Part shown: piece by piece, positions 28,670-37,592 of the stretch | Numbering within the stretch: the stretch's first letter is position 1 | Layout of the letters: each line of letters opens with the position of its first letter | Assembly: GCA_052389415.1 (NCBI GenBank) | Contig: JBQTHX010000030.1 | Location: 48,590-112,589 of the forward strand | Direction of reading: 5' to 3' | DNA from: Nitrosopumilaceae archaeon | GTDB lineage: Archaea; Thermoproteota; Nitrososphaeria; Nitrososphaerales; Nitrosopumilaceae | DNA: 64,000 bases | Notes under the pieces: model-generated | Seen by the model: the letters and a program-made list of their open reading frames with translations, nothing else | The model's database searches: none | Told to the model about the DNA's origin: nothing | Made by a program: the position numbers and the translations under genes

Positions 28670-29668
28670 ATGGAAGATTTAAGATTAGATAGTCTTGATG
28701 GGGTTGGCCCAGTAACTACTAGAAAATTAAATGACGCAGGAGTTCATAACATTATGGATCTTCTTGTAAGAGGTCCAGTTGATATCTCTGAAATCACTGG
28801 AATGGATTTAGAGGCTGCAGTAAAATTGGTAACCAAAGCGCGCCAGCAGTTAGTTGAAGATGGTAAAATAGACAAGGACTTTGTTACTGCCACAGAAATT
28901 TACAAAAGAAGACAGGACATTGGTAAGATTTCTACAGGAACAAGCGCGTTGGATATGCTATTTGATGGTGGAGTTGAAACCCAAGCTATTACCGAAGTTT
29001 ATGGTGAATTTGGTTCTGGCAAGACGCAGTTTTGTCATACAATGTGTGTAAATGTACAAAAACCAAAAGAAGAAGGTGGATTAGATGGTGGTGTCTTGTA
29101 TATTGATACAGAAAATACATTCAGACCTGAAAGAATTGTTTCGATAGCTAAAGCAAAAGGACTCGAACCTGAAAAAGTTCTTGATAGGATTATTGTAGCC
29201 AAAGCATACAACAGCGCTCACCAAGAATTAATCATGCAAGAAGCCGGTCCTGTAATAGAGGAGAGTAAAATTAAACTAATTGTTGTTGATTCTGCAGTAG
29301 GATTGTTCAGGGCAGAATTCCTTGGAAGAGGAACCCTTTCTAACAGGCAACAAAGATTAAACAAGTTCATGCATCTCCTTTCAAGAACTGCTGAAACTTA
29401 CAACATTGCAGCCATTGCAACAAATCAAGTAATGGCATCTCCTGATACGTTCTTTGGAGATCCAACTAGGCCAATAGGAGGAAACGTTGTTGCACACACA
29501 AGCACATATCGTGTATATTTTAAGAAATCTGGTAAGAAAAGAATCGCAAGAATGGTTGACAGTCCACATCATCCAGAGCAAGAAGTGATATTCACTTTGA
29601 CAGAGGCTGGAGTTGCAGATCCAGAAGAAGAATCAAAGAAGAAAAAGAAAGACGAAGTAGAGGAATAG
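28670..29668 (+). CDS. radA: DNA recombinase RadA
   Basis: N-terminal HhH, F.TA polymerisation motif, GEFGSGKTQ, YIDTENTFRPER, IVVDS, GRGTLSNRQQ, PIGGNVVAH. Confidence 0.98.
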   Translation: MEDLRLDSLDGVGPVTTRKLNDAGVHNIMDLLVRGPVDISEITGMDLEAAVKLVTKARQQLVEDGKIDKDFVTATEIYKRRQDIGKISTGTSALDMLFDGGVETQAITEVYGEFGSGKTQFCHTMCVNVQKPKEEGGLDGGVLYIDTENTFRPERIVSIAKAKGLEPEKVLDRIIVAKAYNSAHQELIMQEAGPVIEESKIKLIVVDSAVGLFRAEFLGRGTLSNRQQRLNKFMHLLSRTAETYNIAAIATNQVMASPDTFFGDPTRPIGGNVVAHTSTYRVYFKKSGKKRIARMVDSPHHPEQEVIFTLTEAGVADPEEESKKKKKDEVEE

Positions 29669-29750
29669 ACCCATAAATTTGATATCGTAGGATCATCTTC
29701 ACAAATTGTAGCAAGTGTTAAATTAAGGACAACTGGAAATCTATTCGAAT

Positions 29751-30050
29751 ATGACTACTAAGAAGCCTTCTGGTCATTCACATGGCTTTATGCATAAAGC
29801 AAGATCCGTCATGACCAAGGATCACGTTAGAGGAGTCTCTTTTCTATTACGGGAATTTAAGGAAGGAGACAAAGCACTAGTAATCATTGATCCAACTCAA
29901 CACAAAGCGCTACCACACAGGAGATATCACGGTAAAGTAGGATCCATAACAGCAGTAGGCCGAAGAACCGTGACACTTGACGTTAAACTTGGTAACAAAA
30001 CAAAAACTCTAATCACAAGATTGGATCATATCAAACCATTTGGTGTATAA
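29751..30050 (+). CDS. rpl21e: ribosomal protein eL21 (L21e)
   Basis: FKEGDK..IIDP..HKALPHRRYHGKVG; conserved L21e-rpo4-DUF655-ksgA order. Confidence 0.95.
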   Translation: MTTKKPSGHSHGFMHKARSVMTKDHVRGVSFLLREFKEGDKALVIIDPTQHKALPHRRYHGKVGSITAVGRRTVTLDVKLGNKTKTLITRLDHIKPFGV

Positions 30051-30052
30051 AC

Positions 30053-30379
30053 ATGGAAGAAGTAAGAAAGAAACAATCAATTTCTATCTCTGAAGTTAAG
30101 GAGCTGTTGGAAAAATCTGATCCAGAATCTATGGATCAGATACAACGTTGGACATATGATTATGTCTTGAAATTTGCAAAACTGGATGGAAAAACTGCAA
30201 AAAAACTAAAGCAACAGCTGGTCAAGGAATGTAACATAACAGAGGAGGAAGCAGCAGAAATTGTAAATAATCTTCCAACGACTGAAGCAGAACTACGAGC
30301 TTTTACTTTTGGTTGGAAAAAGCTAATTCTAGCAGAAACGCTAGAAAAGATGCTGAAAATTATCAAGGAGAACGTATAA
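30053..30379 (+). CDS. rpo4: RNA polymerase subunit Rpo4 (F)
   Basis: ISISEVKELL, IQRWTYDYVLKFAKL, EIVNNLPTTEAELRA; gene context. Confidence 0.9.
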   Translation: MEEVRKKQSISISEVKELLEKSDPESMDQIQRWTYDYVLKFAKLDGKTAKKLKQQLVKECNITEEEAAEIVNNLPTTEAELRAFTFGWKKLILAETLEKMLKIIKENV

Positions 30380-30390
30380 TCAACGAGTGA

Positions 30391-30957
30391 TTGTACTTGG
30401 AAAGAACTCAACCTAGAAAGTATGAAGAGTACGCATACGTTTTAGATTTTGTACCTAGGGGAAAATCTAGAACAGTTAGGGGACGCGATGGAATTATTAT
30501 AACAGCATTAGGTGAGGACAGACTAACTATTCTAGAACTATTAGGGGTACCAAATTCTACCTTTGAAATTGGAGAAAGAGTGTACATAGGAAAAGAAGGA
30601 AGAACTAAGGTTCTCTCGGTATTGGGAAGATTGGAACATGATAACATTTCAGCATCGGCACAAAGTGAACTTGGGGGCGTAGTGGAAAAAATTGTTGTAC
30701 AAAACGAACAAAGATTTGTGGATTATCTAAACAACGCACAACCTCTAACACCAAGAATTCATGCACTGGAATTAATCCCGGGCATTGGTAAGACATACAT
30801 GAAAACTATGCTTGAGGAACGTGAAAAGAAAAAATTCACAGACTTTAAGGACTTGCAAGATAGAGTTGGATTAAAAGAGCCTATAAAACAAATTGCAAAG
30901 AGGATACTTGAAGAAATAACAGGTGAGTCAAGAATGAACCTCTTTGTCAGACGATGA
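30391..30957 (+). CDS. DUF655-family putative RNA-binding protein
   Basis: EEYAYVLDF, GERVYIGK, RIHALELIPGIGK (HhH); gene context. Confidence 0.9.
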   Translation: MYLERTQPRKYEEYAYVLDFVPRGKSRTVRGRDGIIITALGEDRLTILELLGVPNSTFEIGERVYIGKEGRTKVLSVLGRLEHDNISASAQSELGGVVEKIVVQNEQRFVDYLNNAQPLTPRIHALELIPGIGKTYMKTMLEEREKKKFTDFKDLQDRVGLKEPIKQIAKRILEEITGESRMNLFVRR

Positions 30958-31661
30958 ATAGGCGCCATTCTCTAGGACAACACTTTCTTATTTCAGAATC
31001 AATCGCAAAATCAATCGTTGACTATGCAAACATAACAAAAAAGGATACAGTGCTGGAGATTGGTACAGGAAAGGGAATACTACTGCCTTTCCTTTGCAAA
31101 TCTGCAAATAAAGTATTGTCGATAGAAACAGATAGACATCTTTACCTTAAAGCATCAAAGAAATTTGCGAATTTTGTAAATCTAGAATTGATTAACAGCG
31201 ATGGATTCGCACAAGATCTAGAATTTTCTATCTTGGTATCAAACTTGCCATATTCTGAAAGTCGCAGGGCTATAGAATGGTTAATCCAAAAGAAATATTC
31301 TCACGCCGTAATAATGGTCCAAAAGGAATTTGCTGAAAAACTTGCAGCAGTAGATGGTAAGAGTCGTAGGGCAATTACAGTCCTTGCTAACTATGGTGCA
31401 AAAATAGAGTCTTTATTAGAAGTAAAAAAATCTCATTTTTCTCCACAACCAAAAGTAGATTCTACTGTTCTAAGATTGACAAAAACTCATCTAATTCCAA
31501 AGTCTCTCATAACTATAGTAAATAGGCTCTTCTCATATAGACGAAAAACAATTCATAACATAGGCAAAGAGTTTGGAATCTTGATAGATTCAAACAAAAG
31601 ACTAGAAGATTTAACAAATGATGAGATAATAAAACTTGCCAAACAAATTGACAAAAACTGA
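30954..31661 (+). CDS. ksgA: 16S rRNA adenine dimethyltransferase KsgA/Dim1
   Basis: LGQHFL, LEIGTGKG, VSNLPY, MVQKEFA, FSPQPKVDS. Confidence 0.94.
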   Translation: MNRRHSLGQHFLISESIAKSIVDYANITKKDTVLEIGTGKGILLPFLCKSANKVLSIETDRHLYLKASKKFANFVNLELINSDGFAQDLEFSILVSNLPYSESRRAIEWLIQKKYSHAVIMVQKEFAEKLAAVDGKSRRAITVLANYGAKIESLLEVKKSHFSPQPKVDSTVLRLTKTHLIPKSLITIVNRLFSYRRKTIHNIGKEFGILIDSNKRLEDLTNDEIIKLAKQIDKN

Positions 31662-32169
31662 ACACTACTCTCCAGCAGAAGACAGTATATTTTTTGCAAA
31701 TTACATAGAGCATGAAAAAGGAAAAAATGCTCTAGACATTGGCACTGGTTCTGGTTATCTTGCTAAAGTTCTATTACCCAACTTTAACTTCGTAGTAGCT
31801 ACAGACATTAGTTTTGATTCTCTGAAGGAAGCACAATCTGTAATAGATAATTGTGTTTGCTGCAATACTGCGGAAGCACTGAGAATAGAGTTTGATCTAG
31901 TCATTTGTAACATGCCGTATTTGCCTTCTAACGAAATAGTAGATGTAGCAGTAGATGGTTTGCATGAAGGACTAGAAGTTCCAATAGGGATTATTAAAGC
32001 GGCTAGAAACGTCTTGAAAAAAAATGGCAAGATGATTTTCTTGACATCTTCACTATCTAACTATATAAAATTGATAAAGCTAACTGAATCTCTAGGATTT
32101 CAAGTAAAAATAGTTGCAACAAAGAAATTGTTCTTTGAAGAATTAATTCTTGTTGAGGCAATAAAATAA
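31636..32169 (+). CDS. HemK/Mtq2-related methyltransferase
   Basis: YSPAEDS, LDIGTGSG, CNMPYLP (NPPY-like), KLFFEEL. Confidence 0.88.
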   Translation: MPNKLTKTEHYSPAEDSIFFANYIEHEKGKNALDIGTGSGYLAKVLLPNFNFVVATDISFDSLKEAQSVIDNCVCCNTAEALRIEFDLVICNMPYLPSNEIVDVAVDGLHEGLEVPIGIIKAARNVLKKNGKMIFLTSSLSNYIKLIKLTESLGFQVKIVATKKLFFEELILVEAIK

Positions 32170-33207
32170 TTATTTTCTAAGTTTTTGTTTTGCTATTTCT
32201 GCAATTGAATCAGCCATTTTTGATGTAGATGCATTTCCTCCAATATCATAAGTAACAAATTTTCCTTCATTAATTACCTGCTCTGTGGCAGCAAAGATTG
32301 CATCTTTTATTTGGGGTTCGCCAAGATATTCAACCATCCATGCTCCGGAAAGTATGGCAGCTGTGGGATTTACCTTGTTCATACCCTTGTATTTGGGTGC
32401 GCTTCCATGTGCTGGCTCAAACATTGCATAAGAGTCGCCAATATTGGCAGAATACACATTTCCGATAGAACCAATGTTTCCTGAAGCACATTCTGAAATA
32501 ATATCCATGAACAGATTGGTACTCAACAAAATAGAATCATTGAATCTCTCTGGATTTTTGACTAGTTGTTGTGTCATGTTATCTATGTAATATTCTTCAA
32601 CATTAATTCCAGGATTCTCTCGGACAGCTTTTTCTACCTCGCTCCAGAATATTCCATCAGTCTCTTTGAGAATGTTTCGCTTTGTGATTGCAAAGATCTT
32701 TTTTAGATTATGTTGCTTTGCAAAGGAAAACGCAGCACATACTATTCTTTGGCAACCTTTTCGCGTAGTCTTTCGTATTGCAATTGCAGCATCATCAGAT
32801 ATCTTGAATTCTATTCCTGAATAGAGTCCCTCGGTTGCCTCTCTAAAACAAACAAAATCAAGCTTTTTGTTTGGTGACAGTCTCTCGTATGTTTTGATCG
32901 GCCTTATGTTACTGTAAAGCTGAAATTTCTGACGTATAGTAACAGCAACACTTCTTGGTGCATTTGGAATAGGGATAGTAGTTGTTGGTCCTTTGTAACA
33001 TGCATTACTTTCCTCAAGAAGCTTCATCGTTGAGTCTGGGATGTAGGTTGCACCTCCATGTTTTTCCCATTGTTCAGAGCCAGCTTCACACAAAATCAAT
33101 TCCGTCTGACTGTTACATGATTTTAAGACATTCATCATTGCATCAACAAGCTCAGGACCGGTACCGTCTCCTTTTATCACTGCTGCCTGCTTTGCCAAAA
33201 CAGACAA
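32170..33207 (-). CDS. isocitrate/isopropylmalate dehydrogenase family enzyme, most likely isocitrate dehydrogenase
   Basis: GDGTGPE, KGPTTT, RSVAVTIRQ, FREATEGLY, FEPAHGSAPKY, NPTAAILS; substrate specificity not certain. Confidence 0.85.
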   Translation of the reverse strand: MSVLAKQAAVIKGDGTGPELVDAMMNVLKSCNSQTELILCEAGSEQWEKHGGATYIPDSTMKLLEESNACYKGPTTTIPIPNAPRSVAVTIRQKFQLYSNIRPIKTYERLSPNKKLDFVCFREATEGLYSGIEFKISDDAAIAIRKTTRKGCQRIVCAAFSFAKQHNLKKIFAITKRNILKETDGIFWSEVEKAVRENPGINVEEYYIDNMTQQLVKNPERFNDSILLSTNLFMDIISECASGNIGSIGNVYSANIGDSYAMFEPAHGSAPKYKGMNKVNPTAAILSGAWMVEYLGEPQIKDAIFAATEQVINEGKFVTYDIGGNASTSKMADSIAEIAKQKLRK

Positions 33208-33332
33208 GTTTGTCGGACTAGTCTATTTAACTCTAACGAAGAAATTTTCGAATTTTATGAAAAATCCACATAGCACCATTACTTAATGAAAAAGCCAATC
33301 CTTAAACTATGATTATGTATTGATAAAGAATC

Positions 33333-34079
33333 ATGAAAATAGTTCAACTCTCAGACATTCATGTAGGTTCTCAGTTTCGTGAAGAAATATTTGATAATGT
33401 AATTGATGAGGTAAATGATCTAGGACCTACTGCTGTACTGGTAACTGGTGATCTTACAAATGAAGGTCTGATGAAAGAATATGAAAAATGTAAAGCAAAA
33501 TTTGCCAAATTAGAGGTAGAAAAAATAATTGCAATTAGTGGAAACCATGACTATAGAAATACTGGATACCTGTTATTCAAGAAATTCTTTCCATTTGAGA
33601 CTGTAAACGTTCTTGACGATGATGTTGTTCTGATTACTTTGGGCACAGCAAGACCAGATAGAGATGAAGGCGAAGTGGGATATAGGCAAAACTTGTGGCT
33701 AGAACGAACCATGAAGAAATATCCAAAAAGCACCAAGATTGTTGCAATGCATCATCATTTAATAGGAATTCCTGATAGTGGTACTGACAGAGTCACTGTA
33801 ATTGATGCAGGCGACGTCTTACGAACGGCACTTTCTAGCAAAGTTGATCTGGTATTGTGCGGCCATAAACACAGACCATGGATATGGGATTTTGGAAACC
33901 TTTCAATAGTAAATGCTGGAACCACATCTTCTGAAAGAATGCGAGGTTTTTTTGAAAATACTTACAATATCATTACTATAGAAAAAAACAAGATTAAAGT
34001 AGATCTCAAAATTGTAGGCGGAAAACGTTTTCCATTAAAAGATCTTGTAACAAACTATACTCGATTTGGCGATGAGTAA
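33333..34079 (+). CDS. calcineurin-like metallophosphoesterase (Icc/CpdA-like)
   Basis: SDIH, TGDL, GNHD, MHHH, CGHKH. Confidence 0.92.
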   Translation: MKIVQLSDIHVGSQFREEIFDNVIDEVNDLGPTAVLVTGDLTNEGLMKEYEKCKAKFAKLEVEKIIAISGNHDYRNTGYLLFKKFFPFETVNVLDDDVVLITLGTARPDRDEGEVGYRQNLWLERTMKKYPKSTKIVAMHHHLIGIPDSGTDRVTVIDAGDVLRTALSSKVDLVLCGHKHRPWIWDFGNLSIVNAGTTSSERMRGFFENTYNIITIEKNKIKVDLKIVGGKRFPLKDLVTNYTRFGDE

Positions 34080-34117
34080 GCTAGATTAATTAACAGTTAG
34101 AATTTTCAGCACCTTGT

Positions 34118-34201
34118 GCGGGGGTCGCCTAGCCTGGTAGGGCGTGGGATTGCTAATCCCATGTCCGCAAGGACCCGTGGGTTCGAATCCCACTCCCCGC
34201 G
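34118..34201 (+). tRNA. tRNA-Ser(GCT)
   Basis: Acceptor GCGGGGG/TCCCCGC, anticodon arm TGGGA-TT-GCT-AA-TCCCA, long variable arm GTCC-GCAA-GGAC, T-arm GTGGG-TTCGAAT-CCCAC, G73; T-run follows. Confidence 0.95.
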
Positions 34202-34257
34202 CTTTTTGAAAACTCAAACGCTTAGACTTAATAATCCGACTTTTTGAATGTCAAATA

Positions 34258-34419
34258 ATGGTGCGAAGGAAGACTGTAAAAGCAAAACCAAGTTCACCAA
34301 GAAATGCAACTACTGGTCTGTGTCCAAAATGTGGTACGATTGGCAAGATTTTGATAATAGGTGCCACTGGTGTTGAGAAAGGCAAATGTCAATCTTGCAA
34401 TTCTGAATTTACACTATAG
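34258..34419 (+). CDS. 53-aa basic zinc-ribbon protein (below ORF-track cutoff)
   Basis: MVRRKTVKAKPSSPRNATTGLCPKCGTIGKILIIGATGVEKGKCQSCNSEFTL; TATA-like TTAATAA about 25 nt upstream. Confidence 0.8.
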   Translation: MVRRKTVKAKPSSPRNATTGLCPKCGTIGKILIIGATGVEKGKCQSCNSEFTL

Positions 34420-34443
34420 AACAAAAATTGACTAGGCTATCAA

Positions 34444-34476
34444 AAAAATGACCCATAAATTTTTAAGGTCATTTTT
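34444..34476. promoter_or_regulatory. 10-bp inverted repeat AAAAATGACC-N13-GGTCATTTTT bracketing a TATA-like box
   Basis: Arms at 34444-34453 and 34467-34476; spacer ends in TTTTTAA, about 26 nt before ATG 34492. Confidence 0.5.
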
Positions 34477-34491
34477 GGGCTGTATATCAAT

Positions 34492-34665
34492 ATGAGTGCA
34501 GAAAATGAGGAATCAATTTATGAACGAGTCGCAAGACTGGAAGATGAGATTGCAACTCTTAAAAATGAAATTGATGTCATTAAAGGTGCTATACGAAATA
34601 AAATAGCACGCCATGAGGTGTCACAAATAAAACATGGCAAAGATGTCTCATCAATTATTGACTAG
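34492..34665 (+). CDS. 57-aa coiled-coil protein (below ORF-track cutoff)
   Basis: MSAENEESIYERVARLEDEIATLKNEIDVIKGAIRNKIARHEVSQIKHGKDVSSIID; its stop overlaps the convergent gene's stop (CTAG). Confidence 0.8.
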   Translation: MSAENEESIYERVARLEDEIATLKNEIDVIKGAIRNKIARHEVSQIKHGKDVSSIID

Positions 34666-35480
34666 TTTCTTTCTTTGATACTTTTTATTAAATCTAAAAT
34701 GTCATCAACATCGTCTGCTTCTGGAGATAACTCCAAGTATCTGTTTAGTAATTCTATGGCTTTTCCATAATGAAGCAGTCTTGCTTCTAAGATGCCTCTG
34801 TCTCTAATCTCCTCTACAGCATTTGGTTCAATGCTGAGGATAAAATTGATGCTATGCATTGCCATTTCATAATTAAACGACTCGGTGTAAGAGTTTTTGA
34901 GGTTTCTTGAAATACGAATCAAAATTTTTTCTGGCTCAACTTCATCTAAAAATTGTGGTACGAAATCTACCCCATTCCCATAACTTCTATAAAGAATCTC
35001 ATGAAGGTCATCTATTGTAAGTATCTTGCCGCCTTCAAAAGGATCAATAATCATTTCTTCTTTATGTTTTACAAGAAAATGACTCGGAAAACCTACTGGA
35101 CGCAAATCAAGTCTTATATGTTTGGCAAGCTCGATATAGATTATAGATAATGTTATTGGAATGCCCATTTTTTTATCGATCACAACGTTTAGAAAGTTAT
35201 TGTCAGGATTGTAGTAATCATTTTCATTTCCAGAAAAACCTAAGGTGTCAAACATGTACTCATTCAATCTAGAAATTAAGAGCGTTGGGTTTTTTACATC
35301 AGATATAGTGTCTCTTAATGTTTTTCCCATCGCATTCAGTTTATCCATGTATTCCGTTATGCTCAAATCTCGATATCCAAAAGTCTGAGCTAGCTTTAGA
35401 GATTTTTCTACAAGTGATTGTCTTGAATCTGAAACATATGAGACCAGTTCAGCAACAAACGGATCAAAATCCTGACTCAT
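34662..35480 (-). CDS. SirB1/transglutaminase-like (Transglut_core2) protein with C-terminal TPR
   Basis: GFSGNENDYYNPDNNFLN.V...GIPITLSIIY, VGFPSHFLV, IDPFEGG, EIRDRG...YLELSP. Confidence 0.9.
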   Translation of the reverse strand: MSQDFDPFVAELVSYVSDSRQSLVEKSLKLAQTFGYRDLSITEYMDKLNAMGKTLRDTISDVKNPTLLISRLNEYMFDTLGFSGNENDYYNPDNNFLNVVIDKKMGIPITLSIIYIELAKHIRLDLRPVGFPSHFLVKHKEEMIIDPFEGGKILTIDDLHEILYRSYGNGVDFVPQFLDEVEPEKILIRISRNLKNSYTESFNYEMAMHSINFILSIEPNAVEEIRDRGILEARLLHYGKAIELLNRYLELSPEADDVDDILDLIKSIKERN

Positions 35481-36663
35481 AGCGTTGAAGATAGATCTCT
35501 GGGTTTTTTAGCTCTCTTGTAGTTGGTGGATTATCAATTAAAGTGTGATATGTATCCTTACCAATTTTTGCAAATATTGCCTCTGTGAAGTCCCTTCCCA
35601 TGCTTTTTCTTACTTGATACGCTGTGATATCGCTATCTGCAAAGGTTTCAAGATAATTTTGAAAATCATTATCATCTTTGAGAATATTTTGTACCGCAAA
35701 TTCTGCCATGCCTTCCATAATTGTAAATGATGCGAGATGTGTCTGTATTGGCTTTAACCATCTCTGATAAATGTCTAGTAATTGTGGAATCATTTCGGAA
35801 ATTTTAGGATCGACTGTTACTTTGCTAAAAGTCATGACATCAGGGCCTAACACTTGAACAATAAATGTGTCTGGGTTTAAAACGAAAAAGAGGTTTGCTC
35901 GTCTAGCTATTTGAAATTCTTCTGGTATTGTAGGTATTTGTAGATATTCAGAAAGTTTGTTTACAGTTTGATCATCCAATGATAAGATTATCCTGGCTAG
36001 CTCTTCATTTATTGCATTAACCTCTCTTACTGCGTTTTTGTTTATCTCCTGAAGATTTGTCTGAATTGAATGAATTTGTTCTTCAAGTATTGTCATTTTT
36101 AATGCACCAATATATCCTGAATTTATTTGATTAAAATTTGATTCGTAAGGCTGACCCTTTTTTTGCAAAATTATCAGTGGGTAACTCTCTAAAACGAATC
36201 TATTCAAAAAAATAACAGAATCAAGATAATCACCATACGTAGTAGATATCTTAGATATGTATGACTTTGCATATGTGGAATAAACAAGAAACTTTGCCGG
36301 GTCTTTTTTCATAATCTCAGCTATCTTTTCTAACTTGTCAAGTGAAATTGCTGCGAAAAGATCATCTACAAACTCTGCAGAGTTAGCCGAGAATACTTTT
36401 TTTCCTTTTAGCTTTTTGAATTCGGCTAGATCCAGAAAATCAATTTTTGTTTCTGGGGAAACATTGATACCTGTAAACTCCTTTACTTTTTCTGCCATTT
36501 TTAGAAAAATTGAGGATGCGAGTACTTTGATATCTTCGAATTTTATTACGGGAGATAATGCCTGAAGGGCTACAGAAGATTTTGAAGCTATTTCTTTCTC
36601 TTCATTTGTCTCAACTGACAATTGGTCCATTAGCGCTAGAGCAAATTCTTCAAACTCTTCCAT
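35464..36663 (-). CDS. hypothetical protein, zincin/DUF2342-like
   Basis: LEEQIHSIQ (HExxH variant), MEGMAEF, Y...SMGRDF, PPTTRELKNPEIYLQR resemble DUF2342-type metalloproteases. Confidence 0.6.
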   Translation of the reverse strand: MEEFEEFALALMDQLSVETNEEKEIASKSSVALQALSPVIKFEDIKVLASSIFLKMAEKVKEFTGINVSPETKIDFLDLAEFKKLKGKKVFSANSAEFVDDLFAAISLDKLEKIAEIMKKDPAKFLVYSTYAKSYISKISTTYGDYLDSVIFLNRFVLESYPLIILQKKGQPYESNFNQINSGYIGALKMTILEEQIHSIQTNLQEINKNAVREVNAINEELARIILSLDDQTVNKLSEYLQIPTIPEEFQIARRANLFFVLNPDTFIVQVLGPDVMTFSKVTVDPKISEMIPQLLDIYQRWLKPIQTHLASFTIMEGMAEFAVQNILKDDNDFQNYLETFADSDITAYQVRKSMGRDFTEAIFAKIGKDTYHTLIDNPPTTRELKNPEIYLQRYESGF

Positions 36664-36703
36664 CTCAAATGGTGATGTTATGAACTAATTTAACATTAAT
36701 TAT

Positions 36704-36878
36704 TATCATCTTGAAAAGTTTTCAGGATTGATGCACCGAATGCTTTATCCAAAGACAGTAATTTTGATTTTTGCCTCAGGAAGATTGGTTTGTGTACTGC
36801 TGCAAAAAGGAAACCTGAGTGTACAGGCAAGTGCACAACCTAGCGATGGTTGAGTAAAAAGAACTCATGATATACTAT
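36704..36878 (+). pseudogene. tbp: decayed fragment of a TATA-box binding protein gene (C-terminal third)
   Basis: YHLEKFSGLMHRMLYPKTVILIFASGRLVC / frameshift / TAAKRKP / frameshift / VYRQVHNLAMVE*KELMIY matches TBP repeat 2 (YEPEQFPGL..RM..PK.V.L.F.SGKLVCTGAK). Confidence 0.85.
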
Positions 36879-36952
36879 CTACGAGTAGTTTTTATCTACA
36901 AGTTATTCTTTTTCGATGAAATCTGAACTATGAGACCATTCTTATTGAACAT

Positions 36953-37351
36953 ATGCATACATCATACATGCAAGCAAGATGTAAGGTTGGATTCAATTTT
37001 ACTACAGTAGATTCGCCTTATTACATAGGTGGAATATGTGATCCTTTGATTGACCTGATAGATATTGAAAAGAAACTGCCTGCTCACATCAAGAAATCAC
37101 AGTACAAAAAAGAAAGAGGTTCAACAAAAGTATCTGTAGAATATTTCATAAGTTATGATGAATCGGATCTTCCAACGCAAGAGAGTTCTCTTGCAAAATT
37201 CATTGGTAGAGATCCCTACGAAGAGTTACTTGAAAATGATATAGATCTAATAAAAAACCTCATAAAAAAGACATATGGTGTAAGCAAAAATCAAAATGAT
37301 AAAATCGAACACAAAATAATACTTGAAGATAATAAATTAATCAAGGTTTAA
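36953..37351 (+). CDS. hypothetical protein
   Basis: 132-aa non-overlapping ORF between the TBP remnant and the tRNA-Met 3' end; no recognised motif. Confidence 0.6.
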   Translation: MHTSYMQARCKVGFNFTTVDSPYYIGGICDPLIDLIDIEKKLPAHIKKSQYKKERGSTKVSVEYFISYDESDLPTQESSLAKFIGRDPYEELLENDIDLIKNLIKKTYGVSKNQNDKIEHKIILEDNKLIKV

Positions 37352-37458
37352 CTTTGATTCTGGGGTCCAAATGGTGAAGGGATTCCTTTGTGGCAGCGTT
37401 AACTTTTTGCTTCAAACAGCCCAATTACACATGTAGGGGTTTTGTACTTTTAGGTGTA

Positions 37459-37553
37459 TACCGGGGGTGGGTTTCGAACCCACGACCTCCAGATTATGAG
37501 TATTACCCTTTGTGAGGAGACTGGCACTCTAGGCCAGGCTGAGCTACCCCGGC
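37459..37553 (-). tRNA. tRNA-Met(CAT), elongator type, with a 19-nt intron at non-canonical position 30/31 (intron 37502-37520)
   Basis: GCCGGGG-TA-GCTC...GAGT-G-CCAG[TCTCCTCACAAAGGGTAAT]A-CT-CAT-AA-TCTGG-AGGTC-GTGGG-TTCGAAA-CCCAC-CCCCGGT-A; complete bulge-helix-bulge; lacks the initiator A1-U72 pair. Confidence 0.92.
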
Positions 37554-37592
37554 ACAAATTACGCCTAACTTCTTGATGCAATTAAATGTAGC

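Noticed and set aside
29668-29680. 13-mer GACCCATAAATTT shared with 34450-34462
   Set aside because: Many 13-mer matches are expected by chance in 64 kb of AT-rich DNA, and the contexts differ
34118-34201. Leu-like GCGGGGG acceptor stem suggesting a recoding tRNA
   Set aside because: GCT anticodon, G73 and a long variable arm are all consistent with ordinary tRNA-Ser
34202-37458. Integrated element between the two convergent tRNAs
   Set aside because: I found no duplicated tRNA 3' end (att site) and no integrase; only the TBP remnant and one orphan suggest past turnover
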